Shown here: one piece after another, positions 41,201 through 53,619 of the stretch
Layout of the letters: the number at the start of each line of letters is the position of its first letter
How positions within the stretch are numbered: position 1 is the stretch's first letter
Origin: Zygnema circumcarinatum SAG 698-1b
Taxonomy: Eukaryota; Plantae; Zygnematophyceae
Reading direction: 5' to 3'
Length of the DNA: 64,000 nt
Assembly: GCA_037447605.1 (NCBI GenBank)
Contig: CM074821.1
Coordinates: 1,612,001-1,676,000 of the forward strand
Position numbers and translations under genes: made by a program
The notes under the pieces: generated by a model
The model's input: only the letters and a program-made list of their open reading frames with translations
The model's database searches: none
Told to the model about the DNA's origin: nothing

Positions 41201-42200
41201 GTTTGTCAGTACGCGTTCTTTATCTGAAAATAATAGAAAAAAAACGAAATAATGGCCAACAGAAGGCCTAATATTTGTAATAATTACATTGTTTTTTTTC
41301 TCTACTTACAGTGTTTTTGTGTGCGGCAGAATTTGCGTGTGTGATTTTTCTACAAATAAGAAAAAAAAAAAAAAAAGGAAACAAACTACTACACATAGGG
41401 CCCTATGTTGTTAAGTTTGTTTTTTGTGACGATGTTTGTGCGTGTCTCAATTTGCGTGTGTTAATTTAAAAAACGAGGGTTTTTATGATTTCTTGAGCAT
41501 TTTCTATTTTCAGATTTTTAGGAATTTTAAGATTTTTAAGGTTTTACATATTTAGGTTATTATTTATGTTTTTTTTTAGAAATTTTATAAGATATTTTAA
41601 GCATTTTTTAGCGCTTTTGATTTTTTAATTTCAAATTTTACAGTTTTAGTCAGTCCGTTGGCTTGTCGGTTGTCGGGAAGTAAATTCCGGTCTGTCAGTT
41701 AGTCGGTCGTCACATCTGTCGGGCCGAGTATGTGTCAATCCGGGTACCAGTCAATTAAGCCGATTAGGTGGCAGTCCTACTTGGCGAGTTAGTCGGTTTT
41801 GTCGGTCGGTTTTGTGTCCGGCCAGTTGGCGTGTCGCGTCCGTCGGTCAGTCGGCTAGTCCGCCAGTCCTGCGGACTATAAAGACTTTGTCTGTCGGCCA
41901 GTCGCCATTTTAAAAGCATCTTACGTGGAATTAGCGATAATATAGAAATTGAAAACATCGATAAACATCAAAAATTATTAACAGCGTGGCAACACTTGAT
42001 TGAATAAAATGAGAGACCCATTTCCTACACGAAATCAAGAAAACACACAACACCAGCGTATGGCTCTCACATTTGGATAGCACATGCCAATACCGCGTGG
42101 GTTCCACGTCAAAAAAAAAAAATTTTTTAAACCACACACACCACAAACTTAACTGACAGGCAAGTAGTAATAGATTCACGGCCATTAAATTAACCCTGCA
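38270..42200. mobile_element. Large non-coding repeat relic, related to 49340-52800
   Basis: Shared AACAGGCTGCGGATCAAGATCCTCGTGCGTTGCC (38376 and 49361), ~210-bp tandem units with ACGCGATATACCCCATTTTC (38490-38810 and 52345-52660), GAAGGACCCGGTC repeats. No coding domain recognised, class unassigned. Confidence 0.5.
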
Positions 42201-42769
42201 ATTTGGGGCACTTTTATTTTGGGGCTACGTAAGCGCGCCCGGCGGATAAAAACATACCCGTATCCTACGAGCGATCAAAAAGAACGCGCATGATACCAGC
42301 GTGGCAATTTAGCAGGGATAAAAGCATAAGCCCGGAATAACGTTTAAGACTTTCAGCGGCGTAGTTGAAGCGAAGCGTAGAATATAATCATCATCCTTGA
42401 TATACCCGATTTTAACACGCGTGCGATCCAGCGAAGAAGCGCTGTCGGGGCCGCGGCGTAGCAGCGTCAGCTTCAGCGGAAGTATACCGCGTTTAAATCA
42501 AAATAAATCTCTTTGGCGCTATGTCCGAATAATCATGCGGATGAAAGCGATGGCGAAACTTTTACTGCAGCCAGCGCCAAAAACATTTTCGTTTTAATCC
42601 ACTTTTTCATCCGAACACGCCTGCGAAAAAGATACGTAGTATGCATTGGAACCAAAAAGGTGTGAAACGGGGAATTTTTTCCCAGAGAAAATAAAGTATG
42701 CGGACGGCCCGAGGAATGTGTCTGAGATATATATATATATATAAGGATGGCCAGAAGCTTTTAGCGTCA

Positions 42770-43614
42770 TGTTTTTGTGGGCAAAACCCAAAATTTGAAT
42801 GATTTGATTCTGAATTTACTTATTGAGAGTAGGTTTCTAGACTATGATGGATTTTGAGGAGGTGATACTTTGAGTAATCCACGATGGATGGAAATGGAGA
42901 TGGAGAGCACAGAGCGATCTGCTGCCAGAGCCTAATCAAATGTCTCTACTTTCCTAGGAACTGACAACAGCTTTTAACGAAGAAGGTCTCCCGTAGAACA
43001 GGCGACTCCTCCGCTGGATGAGCCGGAGAAGCCTTGGAGTCTCTGACCCTCCTCTGCCGTCCTGTGGCGGGCAGGCCCCGCGCCGCTTGCTTGGGATGCG
43101 TACTGGGCGAAGAGGNNNNNNNNNNNNNNNNNNNNNNNNNNNNNNNNNNNNNNNNNNNNNNNNNNNNNNNNNNNNNNNNNNNNNNNNNNNNNNNNNNNNN
43201 NNNNNNNNNNNNNNNGCTCCGTCTCCTCCTCCCTGCAGACCCTGTCCTCCGCCTCCTGTAAGGACCTTTTCTTGTCCGGCAGCGCTCGCCAGCCTTTATC
43301 GCGCTAGCCTCAGGCTACAGCCACGACCGCAGCAACAGGTGCTACTGCGGCTACAGCCACGGAGGCGCGGCTACATGTGCAGGTCGGCCGTACGGTTAGG
43401 TTTCGGCTCCGGACAGATTTTCCATTCTAGAAAATCTGAAAATATCGCAAAGTCCGCAAAATTTGGACGGAAATGAACCATGAGGGGAGCGTGACGCCCA
43501 TACGACAAATAAGAGGTCGGTGGCCGCCCCGCAGGCCTGCGACTCGGCGGGCGCGGTACGGCGCTGGCGGGAGATTCTAGATGCCGGTAAGTTCGTTGTC
43601 TTCCTTGTCGCTAC
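42770..43614. repeat. Segments paralogous to the downstream (31860-31995) and upstream (35080-35345) flanks of paralog D, on either side of a 100-N gap
   Basis: CTAGACTATGATGGAT...GGAAATGGAGATGGAGAGC and CTGTAAGGACCTTTTCTT...GGTAAGTTCGTT.TCTTCCTTGTCG are shared. Confidence 0.85.
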
Positions 43615-44952
43615 TAGGGATGGCTTAATTACGACTATATAATATATATTATATTATATAACTGTGACGACTAGATAACGGCTGTTATATATTACTTTAC
43701 AACGCCTTTACAACATGTACGGTCGGACGGTCGTATGGTTGTACGACTGTACGGTGTTATGGTATTAGGGGGTGTCAGACTTAAAAAATTTCAGTACGCG
43801 TGTTCGTAAGTTTGATATCAGAACGAGTACTCCAGTATAATCGCGATCCTCCTGCGGCGGAGTACTTTCGTAACCTTTTTTTTCGTAACGCTTTTCGTAA
43901 GATTTTGTTAAGTCTGACACCCCCTATTATTACGACTGTACGCATTTCGCAACGCCAACGCCAAAACGACCTACTGTAATTTTGGTATGGTACGACCGTA
44001 CGAGTACGGTCATACGGTCGTTTATTGTTCAAAACGAGTGGGTATAATATATATAATAAAGTCTTTTACTTTATACTTTATTACTACTTTTAAACTCGTT
44101 GAAAGTAATGTAGTCGGACTTTATAACGCGGGCCATCCCTAGTAGCGTACGGTCGTACGGTCGTACCATACCAAAATTAGGTCGTTTTGGCGTTGGTGTA
44201 GCACAAGATAAGTGGGGTTAAGAGAAGACTGCTGAGCTAGTTGCAGGTGCTGTACGGCCACTCGCGCGTCCGTGCTGAAACTAATGAAGGGTTGGGTTGG
44301 TGCTGTGGGTCTGCCTGCAGCATAGAGCCAGGATCCGGGAGATTCNNNNNNNNNNAAGAGAAGAACAAGACAACAAACCACACAGCAAATACAAATACTA
44401 AGCCCAGCGCTAAAAGACAAACTAGCATCACTGACATCCCATCTACTTCTAACTGTTATGCAATCTTGAGTCTTAGTAGGGACAGTCTCTGATTGGCCAA
44501 CTGCCCACTGAGAGGCCTGACTGACTACGTGGAGACTTCTGATAGGTCAACAAACGACAATCGGCGGCATTATGCGGCGCTTCCGAGTGCGCCTTGCTGG
44601 ATGGTGTGCCGTTCCGTGGGCCGCCAACGCATGGCGCCGCCTTCTCTCAATCTCCGTTGGCAGCTCCTGGATTCCGCTGATCCGTGACACGGAAGAGGCA
44701 TATGTCAAGTACAATTGAACTGATGCAGATCCGTCGAACGCAGCTCCGTTACGCTACATTGGCGTTGCGAAATGCGTCCGTCTGGTTCACCGTACATCCG
44801 TACTGCATAATAGCGTACAGTCGTACGACCATACGACCGTCCGACCGTACATGTTGTAAAGGCGTTTTAAAGTAATATATATCAGCCGTTATCTAGTCGT
44901 CACAGTTGTATAATATAATATATATTATATAGTCGAAATTCATCCATCACTA
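43615..44952. mobile_element. Composite hAT element: inverted dimer of the 371-bp MITE family with nested MITE and solo LTR
   Basis: Outer termini TAGGGATGG (43615) and CCATCACTA (44952) with 8-bp TSD GTCGCTAC; internal terminus at 44133-44141. Confidence 0.85.
44197..44758 (-). mobile_element. Solo LTR (internal 10-N gap) of the 13634-18095 family
   Basis: Reverse complement of 13634-~14030 and 17945-18095. TGTAGC/GCTACA ends, 4-bp TSD TTGG; uninterrupted target present at ~23507-23525. Confidence 0.88.
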
Positions 44953-47083
44953 GTCGCTACGCGAATCTGTTGCAGTTGGGCGGTCGCTTGATGCCAAGTC
45001 AATGGCTTGATACAATCATTGTGTACGAAAACGTACGGACAAACTGCCGTTTTCGTACAATATCGCGGGCCGTTTGGAGGGTTTGTGCGTCCGTACAGGC
45101 TAGGCAGCGCTCGTGGGAGTAGGCTTGTACTTTTGGGCTACAGCAGACAGCCAGCAGGCTGCCATTACCGGCTGCAGGGAAGGAAGAAAGGCGGCGATGT
45201 CCTTCATTGCGGGTTGCGCATCTCACATTCGCTTTCAGAGGCTGAATGTAGAATGGAAAGCAAAGCGAAGAGCGCATTCTGCACGCCAAGTGCAAAACGC
45301 AGAATGCATAAAGAGTGCGTTTTATACATTCTCCATGGTGCAGAGACATGCAGCATACTCACTTGCATTGCAGATGCAATGCAGGATGCAAAGTCGCGAA
45401 ACCCTAATAGCGAAGTGCTCGCTCGCACGGTCGGCAACCGCGCGGGGGAAGTTCTCTGTGACTCCAACAGGAATGGGGTCCCTCTTTTGGGATTAAACCA
45501 GTGCGCTGCCGCGCCGTGTGCGCAACATCCTCATCACAGTCCGCCGCTGCAACACCGCCACGTTAGCGTCTCTCTTTCTCTCGGTATCAAACAAAGGTCG
45601 TCCACCTCCCAAGGTCTCTCCCTCGCTCACAATCGCTCTCTCTCTCTCTACAGGGCTCTCCCTCGTCTAACTCCCTCCATTAACTTCGCCACTGAATCCT
45701 CGGACCTCAGCAAGCAGCGCCGGATGGAGGACCTCCGCCTCCGTATCTCAAAAGCTAAAAGCGTCTACACGCTGAAAGCTGCACACTGACTGACTAATTC
45801 ATAACCAGCTTTAGTCACTTCTATCTACGCGAAGCCCCTACAGAGTTCTCCCTCTTCTCAAACTATCTCAGTAACCGCCATCGATACCGCGTAGCCGTTC
45901 CATGGAGCCGTTACATGTAGCCGTTCCGTGAAGCTGTTTCGTGGAGATCTTTTTGTGGCGCCGCTCCATGCAGGCGTGCCAGCATTCACGGCCCACGAGT
46001 TCCATGCGCGTCGTTCCGCCTCCTGTACGGATGCCCCAAATTCCGACCCTGACGGCCTCACTGTCCGTCCGGCGACCTTGGAGCGGCAACAATATCGGGA
46101 TAGTATCGATGTCGTATCGGAATAATACCGAAATATTTCATAGATAGGTCAGATTCGGTGTAAATTTGTAGCAGGGCTTTATGCTGCAGTGACGCTGTGA
46201 CACGGAGCCACGCAACGGATGACGTCATTAATTGGGAACATAGAGCCTTGCTGCATCCTGCCGCTTCCTGGAGCGGGCAGGGAGTAGGGTTGGGGGCACG
46301 GTCCCCCTCCGACCCGTGCCCAGGGGCACGTGCCCCCCCCCTCCGTACTATCCGTACTTTTTGTACTGTCCGTACTATCTGTACTAGCCGTTACGGGCTT
46401 ACGCAAAACTCACCTAATCTCCCCGCACGTGCCGCCGTAAGAGGCGCTCGCACTTCTCCCCTTCTTCTTGGCTTCAATACGATACGATACGATACGGTAC
46501 AATACGAAACGCCCCAATACGGTACTATCCGTACTAGCCGTACGATCTGTAATAGCCGATACAGTACGATACGGTACGATATTGTACGGTACGATACGTA
46601 CGGTCAAACATGAACTCTAACATAATACCGCCCGTCTATTCGTAACACGAACATTATATATGCAAAATTAATATTTTCGCCTCATATTGGCCGGAACCAG
46701 GGTGGAAAATATGAGGACCCCCTACTGTAAACGTACGAATCAAGGTACAAATGTACGGAAAAATATGAAAAGTACGGACAGTACTCAACACAACTTCAAT
46801 CGTCACCGGCCCGGGCCCGGTCGTACGAGGTAAGCGTCACGTGACAGGGGGCACGGGGGGGCACGAAATATATGGGGAAAATTTTTGGAGGCGTGCCCCG
46901 GGCACGGACGGTCAAAAATGGGGGGCATGCCCCCCCCCCCCCGGGCATGCCCGTGCCCCCGTGCCCCCAACCCTAGCAGGGAGGCTCTGCGGAGTGAGTT
47001 TAGGGTTGTGCGGTGCAGGCCTGCAGAGCGTCCTGTTGCAGACGGGACCTGCGAGACAGCGGTGCTCCCTTGCTGAGCGGGCC

Positions 47084-47992
47084 ATGGAGGACGGCGGGGG
47101 ACATCATGGCGGCCATGAAGAGGATAAGAAGCCTGATCAGGGAAATCACATTAACTTGAAGGTGAAGAGCCAGGTATGCGGCTTATGGTCTTTGCAGACT
47201 GCTCGCTTTTTGCGTTTGTCAAAGTGTTCTGTGATGCTTGAAAGGATTCTTGAAGGATTTTGAAGAGATTTAGGTATTGATGGCAGCTTGTCTGCCTTGC
47301 AAATATGTTGGATACCTGTTTGTAATCAGAGTCATTTACAACGTTTTTGGAAATGTGTTGTGGCATGCTGTGCTTGTGCAGGACGGAAATGAAGTATTTT
47401 TCCGTATCAAATCAACTGCTACCTTGAAGAAGCTCATGTCTGCGTACTGCGATCGGCAATCAGTGGACCTGAATTCCATCGCGTTCCTTTTTGACGGCAG
47501 GCGACTGCGGGCGGACCAAACCCCAGCCGAGGTAACCTGCGTTTGGATGACTGACGAGAGCAGGAAATGGAAATGGATGTAGAGGAATTGGCGCTTCGTT
47601 TGCAAATCTTACCTTTTGGATAATGTCACATTTATGCTATCGTCTTGTTAGGGTCCTTGGCTGTAAGTTCTGTTCAAAAGAAAAAACAAACGAATCACAG
47701 GGAGGGCTTTGGTATATTTCGAGTTATCAGTGAAGTAACGTCGCCAAGGAGAGTAAAGGTGTACGGAGTCTTAGTCGAAGTCTAGGTTCGGCTTTCTACA
47801 AGGGGTAGCCCTGCTTTTGTTGTTTGTCTGGAAGTTTGCTGGCTGGCTTTATGGCTCTTTGTGCTGAGGTAAGCAGTGGAGATTTTTCTGGTCTGATACA
47901 AGTGCTGGCTTGCTGGGTCGTTGCAGCTTGAAATGGAAGATGGCGACGAGATTGATGCCATGCTGCATCAGACAGGAGGGTTCCGCTGCTGA
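47084..47992 (+). CDS. SUMO: Small ubiquitin-like modifier, 101 aa (exons 47084-47173, 47382-47531, 47927-47992)
   Basis: HINLKVKSQ|[10 protein letters not shown]...[16 protein letters not shown]|[21 protein letters not shown]; all phase-0 GT-AG junctions. Confidence 0.96.
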
Positions 47993-48817
47993 CAAGACTC
48001 TTCGCGTTTCCTAACGTTTCTTAACTGGCTGGTTTGTATATAGAAGCTCAGGGTCACCATCTGTCAGGCCACTTTCGCAGGTCCTTCTGATGTCCGCCCC
48101 AAGAAGGCAGTCTTCAGGGTATCTCCTTATTGACCAGTTTATTTTGAGGGCTGCCTACTATTGTCGTGCGAAATGGAGTTAGAGTTGACGAGCTTGGTGT
48201 CAGGAAGCACCTTCGACATGAATACGCGGCCAATTTACGTCTTTTTGTCAAAACCTAAGTTCTGTTTGGTAGCTTAGCTGGACGAGGATTCTACAGCAAC
48301 CTTTGAAGGGGATGATCAAGTGTGTGTCTTCTCTGAAAAATGGAAGAAAAGAGGGATGTGGACTGATTGTGGAGTTCTATTCTGGTAACACCAGGTTGAA
48401 CTGTGAATTTGTTTTGCCTAACCCTGCTAAACGCTACATGGCGGGATAATGAGTGGTCTTGTGGAGGGCAGTATGGAATGGCCGACTGTGATGAGGCAAT
48501 GTGGCAGAGGTTACTTTCATCACCGCGTGTTGCTGAAGTGGGGATCGCTTCTGCTCGTCTGGTGAAAAGTGCAACCTTTTCTTTGGAATCTCTTTTATTA
48601 ATTGGCATTCTGCATGAGGAGGAAGGTTGGCTGTATTGCATTGAGACTGTTATGTGAGGGACTTTGCTTGGTCAATTGGCTGTGGGTTTTTTTCTTTTCC
48701 TAACTAACTCTCTTTGTCTTTCACTTTGCGAGAAAAAAAGATTTTTGCTTTATAAAAAAAAGTCCTGGCGATTGAAAGGTTTTCTTTCAAATTTATCTTT
48801 TTTCTTATTTTTTTCAA

Positions 48818-48885
48818 GGGGTTAGCGTTAGGTTTAGGGTTAGGGTAAGGGTTAGGGTTAGGGTTAGGGTTAGGGTTTGGGTTAG
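48818..48885 (+). repeat. Interstitial (TTAGGG)n telomere-like tract
   Basis: About 8 mostly 6-bp TTAGGG units, read directly. Confidence 0.9.
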
Positions 48886-49339
48886 TGTGTTATGGGATGT
48901 ATTCATCTACTAGGTTATTTTTATAAGTGATCCAAGGGTTGAGTTTCTGTCTGTTGCTGAAGGGCAGTGATATCGGTTGCCACCCGTCAAGTAGTAAGAG
49001 AACGTTTTTCGCTTATGGCATGATGACGCATATTCATGCCATGCCATGGTCATATCCAGCATGCAATGATGGGAGATGAGATGGGCAGTGTTAGGGCTAG
49101 GATTGAGAGTTCTAAGGCTTGTCGAAAGTTTGCCTTGTTGCCCATTGCCGAGTTGGCAATTGCTGTAGAATTAGACCTAAAAAACGTGAAATCACGACAC
49201 TGTAACCCAAAAGGCACTTCTTGAAGTTCCAAGGTGGGGGGCTAGCACAGGTCAACTATCCACTGATGTGGCATAATGTCAGCATCAGATGTGAAGTTTG
49301 AAGTTTTTGGACTGAGAGTTTCAGGCCAGACTACTGTGC

Positions 49340-50722
49340 ACGCATTTGCGGTTTCGAAACAACAGGCTGCGGATCAAGATCCTCGTGCGTTGCCTTTTTA
49401 TAGAAATGTCTTTGAAGCCTTTTTATCTTTTTATCTTGCGACTTGAGAAGTCGTAACAATAGATACTGCAACGGCTACCTTGTACCCTCTAACGACACAG
49501 TACGTTGAAGCTCATCTTAATTTAACTAACAAAACAACCGTTTCGGACGTTGTCAACCGAACCACGTCTAATCTAGCCTGTCCATAATTAGACAAGAAAT
49601 TACGGTTGTCAAACACATAACGGTACAAACATCCCGTATCGGGCATGGTCAATCGACAACCGCAATCCTGCGATTACGAAAGACGTACAAAAAGGACCAG
49701 TCCAAATACAGCCGTTTCGTCCAATTACGGTGACGACGACGATTGACCTACCGATTACCATCAGGTTATAGAACATTTGACCGTCACCGACGTTTGTTAC
49801 GAAAGTCAACAGGCCAACCAATCTGCGGCGGGCATCTGCTGGCGTCGTATCTGCGGCGTGTAAACTGAGCGGCGCGTTGCCGATGCTCGCCGCGGCTGTC
49901 CTTGAAATTTGCACCGTCGATCATTTCTTGATTGATGATGGCGTGATACGCCATCCCTCATTTGCGAGACACGTAGTCGTGGCCTTAGCGTGGAATACGC
50001 GCACGCAGCGTGCAGCCGGGCATTGTCAACCGACAATCACAATCGCGTTCTGAAAACTTAAAAAAGAGAGCCGAAATAGAGGCCAAATAGAGCCCGTTTA
50101 CGTGCACAATATGCGGGAAACGTCGGCAAGCGTTCCGATGGCGAAAACTCCTGTGGAACAACCGCGATATCACCTTCCCCTGTTCTCCACCTCCACCCGA
50201 GTTCCATTTCTTACACTCGCCGGTCTAGCTCAGAAATTGCTGGTGGTGCTTGCTGCCGTTTTGTTCAGAAATCAAACGTAACCAAACCTTATGTCGTTGC
50301 GGTTTCTCTGCCGTTCTGCTGCTGCAACAACTGCTGCATTTCTTCCTACCGGAGAAACCGAAATGACCAACAAATAATGATTAATCGAGGAGGACGAGGT
50401 AGGAGGAAGGAGGAGGAAGAGGAAGGAGAGGGTGTTGAAGAAGGAGGAGGAGGAAGAAGGGTGTTGATGAGGAAGGCGGAGGAAGGAACATGGAGAGTGG
50501 TGAGAGGGAAAATGGTGGAAGGGCGAAGGAAGAAGCTGAAGAGGGTGTTGAAGAAGGATGGAGGATACTAACTAACATGTCAATCAGTCAGTCAGTCAGT
50601 CTGTCGGCCAGTCAGTGAGTCCGTCTGTCAGTCAGTCAATCAGAAGTTAGGCAGTGTCTGTCAGTCAGTCGGTCAGTCAGTTTGTCAGTTAAGTTGTCCG
50701 TCGTTTTTTTTTTTTTCATTTT

Positions 50723-50795
<73 letters not shown>

Positions 50796-52800
50796 AGTGT
50801 GTGTGTGTGTGTGCGGATGTGTGTGTGTGTGTGTGCGTGTGTGTGGGTGTGTCCATAGTCAGTCAGTCCTCTGGACTTAAAAGATTTTACAGTCCTCTGG
50901 ACTTTAAAGAGAAATCGCTGGAAATCGCTGGACATCGCTGGAAATTTTGAAAAGCTGGAAATTTTGAAAAGCTGGAAATTTTAAAATCCTGGACATCTGG
51001 AAATTTGGACATTTCGCAGTTTTGAAAATTACCAAAAAAAAAAAAAAAAAATGATAAAAATGACATCATGATGTACATAACGTTCGTACTTACGCTTGAC
51101 TTATGTGTTTTATAGCAAATAACCATGGACAGATTTCGGAAGGACCCGGTCCTGGAGATGACGATGTTCAAAAAGATCGAGAAAATTTCGGAAACATAAG
51201 ATCATGATGAAAAAAGGTTCGTACTTACGCTCACACTCTTGCATTGTATAGCAAATAACCCTGGAAAGATTTCGGAAGGACCCGGTCCTGGATATAGCGA
51301 TGTTCGAAAAGATCGAAAAAATTTCGGAAACATAAGATCTTCATGAAAAAAGGTCCGTACTTACGCTCACACCCATGTATTGTATAGCAAATAACTCTGG
51401 AAAGATTTCGGAAGGACCCGGTCCTGGATATGGTGATGTTCGCATTCTTTACATTTTCTTCATCATTTTCTTCATCTTTTTCTTCATCATTTTCTGATTT
51501 TTTTTGTTTTTTTCATTTTTTGTGCGTGTGAGTGTGTGTGTTTGTGTGTGTGTGTGTGTGAGAGAGAGTGTGTGTGTGTGGGTGAATGTGTGTGTGTGTG
51601 TGTGTGTGAGTGTGTGTGTGGGTGTGTGTGTGTGTGTGTGTGTGTGTTTGTGTGTGTGTGTATTTTTGTGTGTGACTTTTACAAACAAAAAAAACAAAAA
51701 ACAAAAAATCAACCTAATATATACAACATGAGGCCACATGTTGTAATATTTAGATTGATTGTGTTTTTTTTTTTATCCACACACAAACTGCAAGAGAGAA
51801 TGTGGCCACATTCTGTCAGCGCAGTTTGTGTGTGGTTTTTTTTTGGTTTTTTTCCCATTTTAGGGCTACGTGGCAACACCTGATTGGATAACAGACATCC
51901 AAAAACACACTACAGTACCAACGTGGCAATTTCTGACTGGATAAGAATTATAACTAATTCCGTTCGTGCTCATGTTGTAATATTTAGATTGATTTTTTAT
52001 TTTTGTTAAAAAACCACACACAAACTGCGAAAACAGAATGAGGCCTCATTCTGTTTTCGCAGTTTGTGTGTGGTTTTTTTTTGGTTTTTTTCCCATTTTA
52101 GGGCTACGTGGCAACACCTGACTGGATAACAGACATTCAAAAACACACTACATTTCCAAGGTGGCAATTTTTGACTGGATAAGAAGTATAACAGATTCCG
52201 TTCGTGCTAACAAATAGGAATGCACCACGTGGCCACTTTAAACACTCTGCGCAAATACCCTATTTACAACAATACGTCCCGTAAAACATTCAAACCAAAA
52301 ACTGTCGTACATAGAAAAAGACACGTGGCAATGACAAAATCAGTACGCGATATACCCCATTTTCTACGCATTCGATCCGACGAAACGCACAACCAATCAG
52401 AACGCGCGACGTGGCAACGTCAGACTCGCGGAAATTATACCCCAATTTCATTAAATTCATCCTTCACAACCTAACAAAATCCGTACGCCACATAAAACAC
52501 GCCGTCGTACGTACAAAGCGACACGTGGCAATGACAGAATAAGTACGCGATCTACCCCATTTTCGGCGCATTCGATCCAACAAAAAGCACAACCAGTAAG
52601 GACGCGCAACGTGGCAAAGTCAGACTCGCGGCAACTATACCCCATATTCATTAAAATAATCTTTGACAACATAATCGAACCTGTCGTACGGATCAAAACG
52701 ACCGCAAAGCTTTTGCCTACGGCAACGCAAAAATGGCAGGAAAAAACATGTCACCTTTTAAACCAGCGATACAGCGCAGGTCGAAGCATTGGACCAAACA
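49340..52800. mobile_element. Second large non-coding repeat relic with (GT)n tracts and ~120-bp GGAAGGACCCGGTCCTGGA tandem units
   Basis: Shared blocks with 38270-42200; tandem units at ~51080-51440 and 51720-52200. Confidence 0.5.
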
Positions 52801-52819
52801 TCACTGATTGACAGCCGCT

Positions 52820-53275
52820 GCCAAAACGTTGGTAATGGTTACAACCACTGGTGGTGGTTACAACCATTAAGAGTGGTTACACCCATTGGTAATGGTTACA
52901 ACCATTAAAAGTGGTTACAACCATTGGTAGTGCTTACAACCACTGGTAACCCAATGGTTGCAGCCACACGCGAGCCCAGCCAACCAGTCTTTCGCAATCA
53001 TTGGTTGCCGAACCCAGCAAACCACAGCTCTGCTTTCGCGGCTGACGCTCTCTTGGCCATTGGTTGGCGAAAATAGCCGACCAACCATTGGCAATTGTTC
53101 CAACCATTGGTAATTGTTCCAGCCATTGGCTCTTGTTCCAGCCATTGGCAATCTGTTCCTAACAACCATTGGCAATTGTTTCAACCATTGGCAATTGTAC
53201 CAGCCATTGGCAATTGTTCCAGCCATTGGCAATTGTTCCAGCCATTGGCAATTGTTCCAACCATTGCAAATTGTG
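52820..53275. repeat. 19-20-bp minisatellites (CCATTGGTAATGGTTACAA; CCATTGGCAATTGTTCCAG)
   Basis: Direct reading. Confidence 0.9.
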
Positions 53276-53619
53276 ACGACCCGATAGTTCGTGTGCAGCA
53301 CCCAGCTGCCAAGTTCCCTTACACACATTTAGGGTTAGGGTTCAGGTTTTAGGGTCGGGTTCTGCCTGTCTGCCTCACTCAGAGATCCCAAATCCTGGAC
53401 ATATTCCTCCGCTTATAACCCTAACCCTAACTCTCTTCGTCTTTTCTTAAAAAGAAAAAATAAACAAAAAACACCGACCCTACCTCTTATCTGAGCCCTA
53501 ACCTTAATCTTGAGCCCCAACCCTAATCTTGAGCCCTAACCCTAATCTTGAGCCCCAAGCCGAAGTATAACCCTGACCTAGCTCTGAGAGGCATCGCCCC
53601 TCCAATTGCAGCAGCAGCC

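Noticed and set aside
45007-45789. 260-aa plus-strand ORF
   Set aside because: No recognisable domain, non-ATG start, low-complexity tail; lies in a TE-rich flank.
48818-48885. True chromosome end
   Set aside because: Short, degenerate and flanked by unique sequence on both sides.
50219-50300. tRNA or tRNA-derived SINE starting GCCGGTCTAGCTCAG
   Set aside because: Only the 5' A-box-like part fits; no B-box/T-loop or acceptor-stem complement follows.
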